Sequence record: PQ309151.1
DNA length: 64,000 nt
Direction: 5' to 3' (one strand)
The notes beneath the pieces were generated by a model that saw only the letters and a program-made list of their open reading frames with translations, was not told the origin of the DNA and searched no databases. Positions within the stretch are counted from its first letter, which is position 1. Each line of letters starts with the position of its first letter. A program made the translations under genes and the position numbers. This document shows positions 37,064 to 46,518 of this stretch, one piece after another.

Positions 37064-39343
37064 TTAACCTTCCTTATTTTTAAAGAGATTGCGAACGAAG
37101 CCGCTGGCCTTGCGAGCCATATTCACTGCCGTGCGTGCCATACGTTGGAACGTGCTGGTCGCTTCGAACAGATACTCGCGCTTCTTGTCGATATAGGCAT
37201 CGCGGTGCTGGATGTCCGGGTCCTTGTACTTCTGGAATACGAACTTGTAGCCGTTGCAGTCGAGAATGTGCTTGAAGAGTTTGAGGGCCCGATTGTTGCC
37301 AAGCGGGACGTGATTGCGATCGACACCACGTTCGATGTTGGTCGGCGTTTTCGAATTGAGAATCGAGTACACATACTCGCGGTGAGTTGCGAGAGAATTG
37401 TTTCGATCCAGCAGATCGGCTGCCACCTGCCCACCACAATACGACATGATGATTCGAAGTTCTGCTTCGGAAATTGCCTTGACTGCCTGAGTCTTCGCCG
37501 GGTTCGAATATTTGTCCGAACTCGTAACCTGACCGAGAACACCCAGATGCTGAACCTTCGCCGTATTGGTTGCGATCCAGTCGTCCGAAATCTTCTCCAG
37601 CAACATGAAGTACTTGTGACCCATCTCGATGTCTTCTTCGGTCCATACCCACTGACCAGAATAATCGCGATATTCCACAGGCCCAACACGAGGCGGGAAT
37701 TCCTTTTCACATGCTTCAACCGCCTGACGCCATGCGGTCATGTTGTGCGTCGGACTGAGGATATGGATGCATGGGAACTTCATCAGCCATGACAAGTGCA
37801 GAGCACGTTTCTCATCCGAATCAAATTCCGGACTCGTATAGTGTTCATGCATCGTCGGACTGAGAATCTCATACAGACGTGTGAGATCGCTCCACACATT
37901 GTCGTATGCCGCTTGACGCTTCGGCATATCCTCGATGATCTGCTTTTGCGAAGGCTGATCATCCGGTCCAAGTTCGATCGTGTCACGAACCGTCACCAGG
38001 AACTCACGAGTTACCTGATTGAAATACGGCTCATACAGACCGCCGAAGTTTTGCCGGTTGAACGGCGACTCAGGCGACATGACCACTTCTGCGCGCACAC
38101 CGAATTCATTACGCGGCATTTCATTGTCAGGCAGAACATGGCACACAACGCCCTTATCGCCTGCACAACCAGTTGCCTTGTTACCGATGTTCGGCAGAAC
38201 CTTGTACTGAATCTTGAACTCGACACGCCAATCATCGATCGGTGCTTTGTGATACAATTTCTGCACCACATCGCCGATGTCATAATCGGTCATTGCACAT
38301 GCTTCGAGCACGAGCCGATGGAACTCATCGGTCAGATGCATTTCGCCACGACGCTGACGATACTGCTCGTTATAGACTGCCAGGATTTCCCGATAGAAGC
38401 GATCGGTCAATTCCTTGTAATACTCGACCTGATCATTCATGCCGTTAGGCAGTGAACGATTATCGTGATAGACCATCACGTCGATGATCGTGCCGTCTCC
38501 TGCACGAGTATACAGCTTGTCATCGTACGTCATGTCCAGCATCATGGTATCGGAAATACCCATGCTGCAGACCGCGAGCCGTTCATCGAACTCGCGAGTA
38601 GCCATCAGCAGGCCGTCAGGACGAATGCGCTCGCCAACATCCTTGAAGATTTTATAACGCTTGCGCGGGTCTTCACTCCGCGGGTCGCCGAACATATTCA
38701 GGCCATAACGGTTTTGACCCCAGCTGGCAGTACGAGTCTCAATCATGTTGAAACTCATCTTCTCCAAAGCCGATTCCGAAATCAGAATACCGTCTTCAGA
38801 TACTGCCGGGTGACTCATGTTGGCGAACATGAGATTCAGGCCATAACCATATCCGCCACCGGACTTGATGGACGGTGATGTGAGGAATTCAGTACCTTCC
38901 TCGAAACTTGCTCCTTTTGAAATGAGGCCGAATTCTTTGGTCTTGTTATATTTGAAGCCGAAGTACTGATGCTCCAGCGAATAGTCGCGCAGATCGAGAC
39001 AACCGATCAGGCGTTTCGGATGCTTCAGGTCAACATAGATCGCGATCCTTTGAGGATTCGTGATCGTGCTGCCGGCCGTACGCGATCGCGGAAAGCGATC
39101 GATCACTGCAATAATCTCGATGTCGCTCGGCGCTTTAACCGAGAAACAATACTCCCCGAATCGTGCTTCAGTTCCGGTCTGCCAGTAACGCTCCTCCGAA
39201 CCAGAGATGACCAGTGCTTGCGGCAAGTGCCCAGCGAACATCACCTTCCGAGGACCGCTATTTACATCTACCCATGGATCCATGGAATTGTTTGAGAGAA
39301 ACTCCGCGTGGAGCTCGCTTGGATGACGGGCTAATATTGTCAT
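37064..39343 (-). CDS. rpoB: Non-virion RNA polymerase beta C-terminal subunit (phiKZ gp71-73-like), uninterrupted
   Basis: 759 aa; SGPRKVM...H..Q, EDGILISES, GNKATGCAGDKGVV (cf. GDK...GNKGVV), ISEAELR. Confidence 0.9.
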   Translation of the reverse strand: MTILARHPSELHAEFLSNNSMDPWVDVNSGPRKVMFAGHLPQALVISGSEERYWQTGTEARFGEYCFSVKAPSDIEIIAVIDRFPRSRTAGSTITNPQRIAIYVDLKHPKRLIGCLDLRDYSLEHQYFGFKYNKTKEFGLISKGASFEEGTEFLTSPSIKSGGGYGYGLNLMFANMSHPAVSEDGILISESALEKMSFNMIETRTASWGQNRYGLNMFGDPRSEDPRKRYKIFKDVGERIRPDGLLMATREFDERLAVCSMGISDTMMLDMTYDDKLYTRAGDGTIIDVMVYHDNRSLPNGMNDQVEYYKELTDRFYREILAVYNEQYRQRRGEMHLTDEFHRLVLEACAMTDYDIGDVVQKLYHKAPIDDWRVEFKIQYKVLPNIGNKATGCAGDKGVVCHVLPDNEMPRNEFGVRAEVVMSPESPFNRQNFGGLYEPYFNQVTREFLVTVRDTIELGPDDQPSQKQIIEDMPKRQAAYDNVWSDLTRLYEILSPTMHEHYTSPEFDSDEKRALHLSWLMKFPCIHILSPTHNMTAWRQAVEACEKEFPPRVGPVEYRDYSGQWVWTEEDIEMGHKYFMLLEKISDDWIATNTAKVQHLGVLGQVTSSDKYSNPAKTQAVKAISEAELRIIMSYCGGQVAADLLDRNNSLATHREYVYSILNSKTPTNIERGVDRNHVPLGNNRALKLFKHILDCNGYKFVFQKYKDPDIQHRDAYIDKKREYLFEATSTFQRMARTAVNMARKASGFVRNLFKNKEG

Positions 39344-39402
39344 TTAACCATCCATTTCTGTTTTGAAAGTTGAACTGTCGAAGACTTCTAGACAGTATCT
39401 GT

Positions 39403-39429
39403 ATGATAATATATGAGTCTAAAATTTTA
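39403..39429 (-). promoter_or_regulatory. Early-type promoter-like motif upstream of the nvRNAP beta gene
   Basis: Minus strand TAAAATTTTAGACTCATATATTATCAT. Confidence 0.4.
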
Positions 39430-39440
39430 TAGGAAAGCTT

Positions 39441-39779
39441 ATGCCCGCCATCCTTGATAACATCGATGACCAGGGTCCGGCGATTTATTACACGGATGCC
39501 TTTAGGCAGATGGTCGAAGATCACCTGACTATTCTCAAGACAACGAATATCCAGACTCGCATCATCACCGATGATGATTGGGCTACATTGTACAAATATG
39601 AAGGAGACTTCTACGGCCTCCTGAACGCATTGCAGATCGGTCGACAGTATCACTGGACCGTAATGCGAATGAACGGTTATCGTAGCCGCTTCGAAGCTAC
39701 GGCCGATATCGCACAGTTGATCACTCCTGACTGGGCGTATGTGAACAAGCTGGCACAACTGGCTAAAGAGAAGAAGTAA
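39441..39779 (+). CDS. Small conserved protein, LysM-like/baseplate-wedge-like
   Basis: YKYEGDFYGLL...YHWTVMRMNG pattern resembles LysM-fold baseplate proteins; AGGAAAG RBS. Confidence 0.45.
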   Translation: MPAILDNIDDQGPAIYYTDAFRQMVEDHLTILKTTNIQTRIITDDDWATLYKYEGDFYGLLNALQIGRQYHWTVMRMNGYRSRFEATADIAQLITPDWAYVNKLAQLAKEKK

Positions 39780-39794
39780 AAGAACAAAAGAAAA

Positions 39795-39833
39795 TACTAC
39801 TGGATCCCGTGAGGGATCCAGTAGTACCTTATG
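39795..39833. terminator. Hairpin between convergent genes (GTGA loop, TATG)
   Basis: TACTACTGGATCCC-GTGA-GGGATCCAGTAGTA-cct-TATG. Confidence 0.7.
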
Positions 39834-39838
39834 CCGTC

Positions 39839-41476
39839 TTAACGACGGTAGTAGCGGTCGCGACGATCGTAGCGATCATCATCATCGTAATCGCGATCTC
39901 GACGAGCGCGGTCACGGATGTCGCGAATACCACGACGGCGACCACTACGATCGTAGTCGCGGTCATCCCGATCGTAATCACGGCCACGACGTGAACCGCG
40001 ATATTCACGATCTTCTTCGTCACGCAATGCCGAACGCAATGCCGGATTGTCTTCGAAGATGTCACCAGTACGACGGTCACGATCATCTCGGTCATCCCGG
40101 TCACGACGATCCCGCCGGTCGCGATCACGGTCTCGATCATCACGATCGTAATCACGATCGCGTGAACGACGATCATCATAGTCGCGTTCGCGACGACGTT
40201 CACGCAGCTCGCGCTCTTCTTCTTCACGCTCTTCGCGGCGCAGACGTTCTTCACGTTCACGCAACTCACGCTCACGCCGTTCAATTTCACGACGTTCGCG
40301 ATCTGCTGCACTGCGTGCTTCACGTTCACTCGTTACTGCCCGATCAGTACCGGAAGCGGGGGTTCTGTCGGGCTGTGCTTTTCCCAGGCTTTCACCAGTC
40401 GTCGGAGCCGCTGCCGGAGCACCGAGAACCATCCGACCACGCGGAGCCGAGGATGCTGCACTGGACGATGTAGCTGCGCCGAGACGGCCATGCCCACGGA
40501 CTTCTTCAGCGTGTCCCATGTCGCGTTCTTCACGACGGGTTTCACGACGCGCTTCGACTTCCTTTTCACGATCCATCTCTTCTCCGACTTCATTGGAGTT
40601 GAGAGCGGGAATCGTGCGGGCGAGCTTTTCGACCATGTCCTTGCTGTCGAAGATTTCCTTCCAGATCCCGAGTTCTTCCGGGAAAGTCAGGATTTCCGGC
40701 AGATCGACGATGCCCATGTAAGGCTGCGCCGTTTCCACCAGAGCGTCAACGACGTTCAGGACTGCACGCACGAGCGACTCGATGAACGGAGCCGAACGCG
40801 AGTTGATGCCGACGTTGAAGAATTCCGGATCTGCCAGCAGAGTCGGGAACACGAACTCGTAGAGCTTGATCAGCATCTCGCGGTTCTTGTTCGTCAACTT
40901 CACGCCGTTGATCGGTTCCTTCTCCGGCTTCTTCAGCGATTCGTAGATCGGGAATGTGACGATGCCAGCACGGCCATACGTCACACCCTTCACTACACCG
41001 CCGCGCTTGATGAAGATGTTGATGAACATGTCCGCATTGTTGCGGGACTTCGTCGACTTCTGGATCGATTCGAAATCCTTCACAAGCGACGCATCACACT
41101 TCGACAGCGCGTTCAGAACTTGCGACTGTTCGGTCGACAGGTTCTTCTGGTTGTCCTGGTCATACGCGATCGCAATGAGCTCCTTCATCAGGTAAGCGAT
41201 CGACGCGTTCAGACGTTGAACGAACTGGTCACGCAACGTGGCCACCATGTCACTGATGCCCAGGTTGAATGCTTCGCGCAGCGGATGGAAGCCCACGCGA
41301 GTTTTCCAGTCTTGATTCTTCATCTGCGCCCGGGTAGGCAGAACCACACGCATGCCATTGATCGTGGCAGGCATGAGTTGATCGCCGAGCTTTACCGACA
41401 CGTTCCCATCTTCGTCGGCAACCATCCACCCCAGGTCCAGCAGAATCTTGTAATAATCGATGATCTTATCACGCAT
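39839..41476 (-). CDS. Conserved nucleus-block protein (phiKZ gp70-like) with a long R/E/D mixed-charge C-terminal tail
   Basis: 545 aa; folded N-terminal ~330 aa, then ~160 aa of RE/RD repeats with DYD units. Confidence 0.7.
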   Translation of the reverse strand: MRDKIIDYYKILLDLGWMVADEDGNVSVKLGDQLMPATINGMRVVLPTRAQMKNQDWKTRVGFHPLREAFNLGISDMVATLRDQFVQRLNASIAYLMKELIAIAYDQDNQKNLSTEQSQVLNALSKCDASLVKDFESIQKSTKSRNNADMFINIFIKRGGVVKGVTYGRAGIVTFPIYESLKKPEKEPINGVKLTNKNREMLIKLYEFVFPTLLADPEFFNVGINSRSAPFIESLVRAVLNVVDALVETAQPYMGIVDLPEILTFPEELGIWKEIFDSKDMVEKLARTIPALNSNEVGEEMDREKEVEARRETRREERDMGHAEEVRGHGRLGAATSSSAASSAPRGRMVLGAPAAAPTTGESLGKAQPDRTPASGTDRAVTSEREARSAADRERREIERRERELREREERLRREEREEEERELRERRRERDYDDRRSRDRDYDRDDRDRDRDRRDRRDRDDRDDRDRRTGDIFEDNPALRSALRDEEDREYRGSRRGRDYDRDDRDYDRSGRRRGIRDIRDRARRDRDYDDDDRYDRRDRYYRR

Positions 41477-41489
41477 TTTTTAATTTACC

Positions 41490-42947
41490 TTAATAGCTGA
41501 AGTTACGGCCCGAACCGCCTGCGTTCATTCCAGTTGTCGAAAGGATTTCTTCGAACAGGCTGTTATAGTCACGGGCCGCATCGCGGATGTCTTGCCGACT
41601 GTTGGTCAGAATCGGCGACGTAAGAGAATTGCAGAAGCACGGGAATACATAGCGGCCATGGTTCTCGCCATCATAGAACAGCTTGAAGTCGATTTCCCCG
41701 AACACACGGCACTTGACTTGCAGGCCGATAGTTACGCGGTCTTCCGCGGTGATCGGATACATCAGTTCATCGATGATGCGATCTTCGAACTGGTCAACGA
41801 ACCAGGCCAGATCCACGTCCTTTACGAACGACTTCGCGGTTGTCGGAACGAACTCGAACGGCTGTTCGTGCGAGGCTGTCTGATTATGAATCTGGAAGTC
41901 CAGTCGATGAAGACCGGTTTCCATCATCAGAGCAGGAACAGCAACCTGAATCAGGGATGCAATCTTGTCCCATTCTTCACCGCCGTTCACATCGTTGGAA
42001 TCGAGGTGATACTCGGTCATCGCCTTCGACTCATTGTCGAACAACTTCGTTTCCGTACGACGTTCTGCTTCCGGATCGATATACAGCAGATCCTTGAACG
42101 TGAAGTTGTCGGTGGTGGTCGACAGATTGCGCGCGTTCGAGATTGCACGCAGGAATACGTCATCGGACGTATACGACTCCTGCACATAACCTTGAGCCGT
42201 CGCATTGACGTCGAGTACCGAACCGCCGAACTCGGTGTTGTCGATTGCCTTGCGGCGCGATTCGAGAACACGCGACATATACCGCGAACCGATACGATTC
42301 GAAGTCGAGCTCTTCACAGAGTTCTTCGACAGAGTCGTACGCAGATCCGTGAGATCGTCCACCAGCTGACCAGTCTCTTCAGCATCCAGCGACGAATAGA
42401 TATCTTCCGGACGCATCGTGTACAGCGTTTCGCCACGACGACGCAGGCCGGCGTTTTCACGATCCGACAGAACGTCTGCTGCGCGAGCCGGCATGTACAT
42501 GCGACGGAAACCGCCACGAGAATCCGGGATCATCCGTTCTTCGAGCATGAACGTATTGTTGACATAGAACTCCATGTCATGATCCACGTTACGCGTGGTA
42601 AAGCCGACCGAGTTGGTATAACCCATCACGACCTGCTTGAGCCTGTCGCCGGTTCCGATCTGGATATCCAGCGTCAGAATGAAACGACCACGCCGTGCAT
42701 CCCAACCATTCGGCACGTCAATGATGCCGCGCGTATTGAACGACGGAACCATGAACTGGTTGGCGATCTGTGCCAGCATCGACGGCGTGAAACGCCTGGT
42801 CTTTTTGTAACGTTCTTCGACACTGTCGAGGAGCCCACCGGAGAAGTGGGTTTCATACGGACGGAGAAACTGATCCTGAAACGTAGCCGACTCCGCAATG
42901 ATCAGCTCTTCAACGTAAATCTTGATGTCTTGACGACCTTGGCGCAT
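41490..42947 (-). CDS. picA: Phage-nucleus protein import factor PicA/Imp1-like (phiKZ gp69-like)
   Basis: 485 aa; FLRPYET and MRPEDI motifs; position between gp68-like and gp70-like genes (recalled synteny). Confidence 0.65.
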   Translation of the reverse strand: MRQGRQDIKIYVEELIIAESATFQDQFLRPYETHFSGGLLDSVEERYKKTRRFTPSMLAQIANQFMVPSFNTRGIIDVPNGWDARRGRFILTLDIQIGTGDRLKQVVMGYTNSVGFTTRNVDHDMEFYVNNTFMLEERMIPDSRGGFRRMYMPARAADVLSDRENAGLRRRGETLYTMRPEDIYSSLDAEETGQLVDDLTDLRTTLSKNSVKSSTSNRIGSRYMSRVLESRRKAIDNTEFGGSVLDVNATAQGYVQESYTSDDVFLRAISNARNLSTTTDNFTFKDLLYIDPEAERRTETKLFDNESKAMTEYHLDSNDVNGGEEWDKIASLIQVAVPALMMETGLHRLDFQIHNQTASHEQPFEFVPTTAKSFVKDVDLAWFVDQFEDRIIDELMYPITAEDRVTIGLQVKCRVFGEIDFKLFYDGENHGRYVFPCFCNSLTSPILTNSRQDIRDAARDYNSLFEEILSTTGMNAGGSGRNFSY

Positions 42948-42963
42948 CTTTTAGCCCTCTATT

Positions 42964-44535
42964 TTAAAAAGTGTACAACGAAATGTAGTTCGCATTTCGC
43001 CCTTGTACGTAAATGGCATAATCAGCCAATCGGTTCCGAATGTCGTACCCCACTCGGTAAGTTTTGTTTGCAGCGCTCTGACGAAACTCTGCGATTTGCT
43101 CCTCGGGCAGATTCAGAAACCATGTATGGTCAGACAACAGCTGAGCCAGATCCATGATCTCATTCACTGCATCGTTGTTGGGCTTTACCTGTTTCTTCGT
43201 CGGATGGCGACGGTAGTACGGGTAGAGCTCATTGAGTTTATCGATCTTGTCCTTCGTGATGTGGGCACGGGACTCCTGACTATACGAACCATAGCCTTCT
43301 GCGTTCATGCTGCGTGCAGTCGGCAAACCGGCCAGATCCTTGAACTCGGTGTTCCACAGAACGAACTGAGCGATGCCTGCCAAGCGCAAGATGCTGGACT
43401 TGTTGATGTCCCACAGCGCACGCGGACTGACGATCGGATTGACCACCCACTGAATCAGACGGATCTGACATTCTTCCAGTGTGTGGGTCGCCATGTGTTC
43501 TGCTGAGTCCATTGCCTTTTCGAGTTCTGCTGCCTGTTCTTCAGACAGTTCGTTCTGAAGCAACAGACGCGCTGCGATCTCCCGATAATACTCGGTCCAC
43601 TTTTCGATCGCAGTGAACTCACCCGGAGGCACCAGGGGTTTGTTCTTGTACTTCTCCGCACGAGACGAGGAGTCTTCACTCGAATCATCTTCGTTCGGAT
43701 TGATCTTCTCCAGAATCGCGTTCTGATGGCTGTCGTTTTGCGACAACCGATTGCGAAGCGACTTGTGGATGATCTGCACCAGATGCGTATCCGACGGATG
43801 TCGCGTGAAGCTTGCGATCACGAGAGCACGAACGAGAATGTTCGCAACCAGGTTCGTCTGAAACACATCCGAGCCAATGCCGTCGATCGAGGAACGGATG
43901 TTGATGTCGTCCTGCTTCACGTTCTTCGCCACATAGTGACTCAAACGCTGCATTGCAGGAGACTCTTCGATCGAAGACTTCGAGATCGTGAAATACGTAT
44001 TCAGATCTCGGAAGGTCGGGCCCGATTCCTTCTTGGTGATTTCCGAGAACTCACCCCAGATCGGCGCGATTGCTCGAAGCTTGATCACCATGAACACGAG
44101 TTCCCAATAGTCGGCGACCAGATAAGTCTGTTCGCGGCTGCCAGGTTTCTCGTGTGTGAACTTGTACTCCACATCCAGATCTTCAGGAATCCAGATGCCA
44201 CCATGATACCGAGTCCAACGCTCGAAATCTTCAGTATCGTGGATGTTGACGATCTCGTTGATGATCGGCCGCAAAGCCAGAATCAACGGATTCACATTGA
44301 ACGTTTCGTTGAAGACGTTCTTTGCCTGGCGATACAGATCGAAGATTTTGTCCTGAAGTTCGATGTCGATCCGCTGCCAATACTTATTGATTTGCTGAAA
44401 CGGTTCGTACGTTCCTTTCTTGAAAGCTTGTCCATAAACTGCTCCACTGAACTCCAGGGTCTCCCCACGGTGTTCGATGTAGATCATCCCGTTTCCAGCG
44501 ACGCCTGCGTGTTGGAATTTCGCTTGCATCGACAC
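42964..44535 (-). CDS. Non-virion RNAP promoter-specificity (sigma-like) subunit, phiKZ gp68-like
   Basis: 523 aa, matching the recalled size of gp68; helical; syntenic between ChmC-like and PicA-like genes. Confidence 0.7.
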   Translation of the reverse strand: MSMQAKFQHAGVAGNGMIYIEHRGETLEFSGAVYGQAFKKGTYEPFQQINKYWQRIDIELQDKIFDLYRQAKNVFNETFNVNPLILALRPIINEIVNIHDTEDFERWTRYHGGIWIPEDLDVEYKFTHEKPGSREQTYLVADYWELVFMVIKLRAIAPIWGEFSEITKKESGPTFRDLNTYFTISKSSIEESPAMQRLSHYVAKNVKQDDINIRSSIDGIGSDVFQTNLVANILVRALVIASFTRHPSDTHLVQIIHKSLRNRLSQNDSHQNAILEKINPNEDDSSEDSSSRAEKYKNKPLVPPGEFTAIEKWTEYYREIAARLLLQNELSEEQAAELEKAMDSAEHMATHTLEECQIRLIQWVVNPIVSPRALWDINKSSILRLAGIAQFVLWNTEFKDLAGLPTARSMNAEGYGSYSQESRAHITKDKIDKLNELYPYYRRHPTKKQVKPNNDAVNEIMDLAQLLSDHTWFLNLPEEQIAEFRQSAANKTYRVGYDIRNRLADYAIYVQGRNANYISLYTF

Positions 44536-44568
44536 TCCTTTTAAAAATTTCTTAGCTATTACAGACGA

Positions 44569-44595
44569 ATGATATATCGTTGAAATCTGTTTAAA
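44569..44595 (-). promoter_or_regulatory. Early-type phage promoter motif
   Basis: Minus strand TTTAAACAGATTTCAACGATATATCAT, a near copy of 54325-54351. Confidence 0.65.
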
Positions 44596-44606
44596 AGAGG
44601 GTTTTC

Positions 44607-44632
44607 ACATGGAGGGCGAAAGCCCTCCATGT
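44607..44632. terminator. GAAA-loop hairpin
   Basis: ACATGGAGGGC-GAAA-GCCCTCCATGT. Confidence 0.65.
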
Positions 44633-44654
44633 GTTTAGTTTATGTGCTTACTGC

Positions 44655-45422
44655 TTAGAAGCTGATGTCGTCGAAATCGGAACCGCCTCCACCGAAGCCG
44701 CCACCCGATGATTCGCTATCATCGCTACCGCCACCACTGTTCCAGCCACCGCCTCCACCGCCACCGCCGTTACCACCGCGGTTATAGTTGCCGCCACCGC
44801 CTCCACCATTGCCCTTCCAGTTACCACCGCCGCCACCGCCGTTCGGCGTCTTCGGTTCCGGATGCTTGTACGTTGCCACCGAGACCATCGCGACGATACG
44901 CGTGACCAGGTTGTACATCGCACGCGCGGCGACGACCGAGACTGCTGCTTCCGACATCGGACCATCACCGCTGCCCAGGTGATGCCAGTACGTCGGCGCG
45001 AACGGGAAGTAGATCTTCGGACGACCGGACTTCAGCAGGTCTTCGACCATGATGTACACGACGCCGCCGGGGTTCTTGCCGACTTCGACGCGAGCGATGT
45101 CCGACTTCTTCTTGTCTTGACCGACCGGCGCCTGACAGAAGACGCTGAACTTGCACGGGTCCTTGCTTTCGGTCGCGATCTTCAGGTTCTCCATCAGGAT
45201 CTGCAGATCGAAGATACCGAACTTCGCCTGGATGCGGCCGAAGTTGTTGTCCTTGTCGTTGGGGTCACGGGTGTAGACCGTGATGCCCGGGTTGTCGTTG
45301 TTTGCGTAGAAGTGCAGTTCCGAGAAACCCTTTACGCCCTTCACGGGACAAGGGGTCGAAAGCACGATGCGCTTCGAATCCAGAAGGTTCTTGTCGCGTT
45401 GCTTGGGCTTGAAGTCAGCCAT
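44655..45422 (-). CDS. chmC: ChmC-like nucleic-acid-binding protein with G/N-rich tail ending SDFDDISF
   Basis: 255 aa; beta-rich N-domain (NNPGITVY-type motif), then a Gly/Asn/aromatic IDR; syntenic just upstream of the gp68-like gene. Confidence 0.6.
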   Translation of the reverse strand: MADFKPKQRDKNLLDSKRIVLSTPCPVKGVKGFSELHFYANNDNPGITVYTRDPNDKDNNFGRIQAKFGIFDLQILMENLKIATESKDPCKFSVFCQAPVGQDKKKSDIARVEVGKNPGGVVYIMVEDLLKSGRPKIYFPFAPTYWHHLGSGDGPMSEAAVSVVAARAMYNLVTRIVAMVSVATYKHPEPKTPNGGGGGGNWKGNGGGGGGNYNRGGNGGGGGGGGWNSGGGSDDSESSGGGFGGGGSDFDDISF

Positions 45423-45484
45423 GGTTGCCTCTTCGAAAATGGTTGGTTATCGTACTCCAGATCATAGATTGACCTGGTAAAAGA

Positions 45485-46321
45485 TTACATCATGTCCTTC
45501 ACCGTAGCGGTGTAGAACGGGTTTTTCAACTGATCCAGATTCATCCGGATACGAGCATCTGTCGTGAGAGCGCTCCAGCCGTATTTCGTTGCGAGTTCGA
45601 CAATGGCTTTTCTCAGCTTCGAGTCCATCGGCGAGAAGAATTCTTTTTCACCAAATATCCGGGCGAAGTATTGGGTGAAAGGAATCATCGAGAGTTCTTT
45701 CCCGTTGTTGAGTTTGGTGTACCACAACGAACGGTTCTTGATTGCTCCCGTGTGCGATTCGATCAGGTCCAGTTCCTCGAAGGCTTTATAGGACAACAGA
45801 TCCCACGCAATGTGAGTTTGGATCAGAAAGTTTCCATCCTTCTTATCCGGAGAGATGTCGGTATCGAATCCTTTTACGTAATCCTTACCGACGTCATTCA
45901 GGAATTGCTGAATGGAGTCTTCCATTCGCTTACGTTCTTCCACCTGTTTCGGCGTGATGTCCGATTTGAAGATGGAGTGATGCTTGTATCGCGAATAGAT
46001 GGCTTTATAATTGCAGAGATACAAGGTCGGGTCGATCTTGGTATCTGCGAGAACACGTTTCACCGCTTCCCATTCGTCATGCATGAGTTCCGCAATGACA
46101 CCCGGTTTAAGCAGAATATTGATGTCGGCCGAGAAAGAGCCAACGATGTTGCGGTACAGAGTCCTGGCATTCATCCAGTAATGCTGGTATTTCAGGTGAG
46201 GCGACTCATCCCACTTACGTTCAGGATGAATGTTCATCAGGCTTTCGAGAGCCAGTGAAGTCGGCACATTCACCGGATACTGCCCACGCGCCATCTTTTC
46301 AGTGAATGTGAAGACGTTCAT
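45485..46321 (-). CDS. Conserved core protein, possibly PIN/5'-nuclease-like fold (phiKZ gp66-like)
   Basis: 278 aa; TSLALESL...YWMNARTLYRNI motif recalled from phiKZ-like phages; fold assignment tentative. Confidence 0.45.
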   Translation of the reverse strand: MNVFTFTEKMARGQYPVNVPTSLALESLMNIHPERKWDESPHLKYQHYWMNARTLYRNIVGSFSADINILLKPGVIAELMHDEWEAVKRVLADTKIDPTLYLCNYKAIYSRYKHHSIFKSDITPKQVEERKRMEDSIQQFLNDVGKDYVKGFDTDISPDKKDGNFLIQTHIAWDLLSYKAFEELDLIESHTGAIKNRSLWYTKLNNGKELSMIPFTQYFARIFGEKEFFSPMDSKLRKAIVELATKYGWSALTTDARIRMNLDQLKNPFYTATVKDMM

Positions 46322-46518
46322 TGTATTTTATCCGTTAGCAAATGACGGGGGAGTCCGATGGAGTCCCAGAACTGTTGGAAGAAGTTCCACAGATCTTCTT
46401 CAAATTGTCTTTGATGAGCCAGGCTACCATAAGGAGATACCAGGCTAATCTCGAAAGGCGGATCGACATCTTTTTGCGGACCGATCACCACGGGCAAAGA
46501 ACGATCTGGATTGATCAT
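46318..46518 (-). CDS. Small hypothetical protein
   Basis: 66 aa; ATGA overlaps at both ends; GAAGGAG RBS. Confidence 0.55.
   Translation of the reverse strand: MINPDRSLPVVIGPQKDVDPPFEISLVSPYGSLAHQRQFEEDLWNFFQQFWDSIGLPRHLLTDKIQ

Noticed and set aside
39839-40330. Tandem DNA repeats (CGATCA/CGCGAT-like), and the GGC runs at 44690-44840, as possible CRISPR arrays or VNTRs
   Set aside because: There are no constant repeats with unique spacers; the periodicity follows from RD and Gly codons
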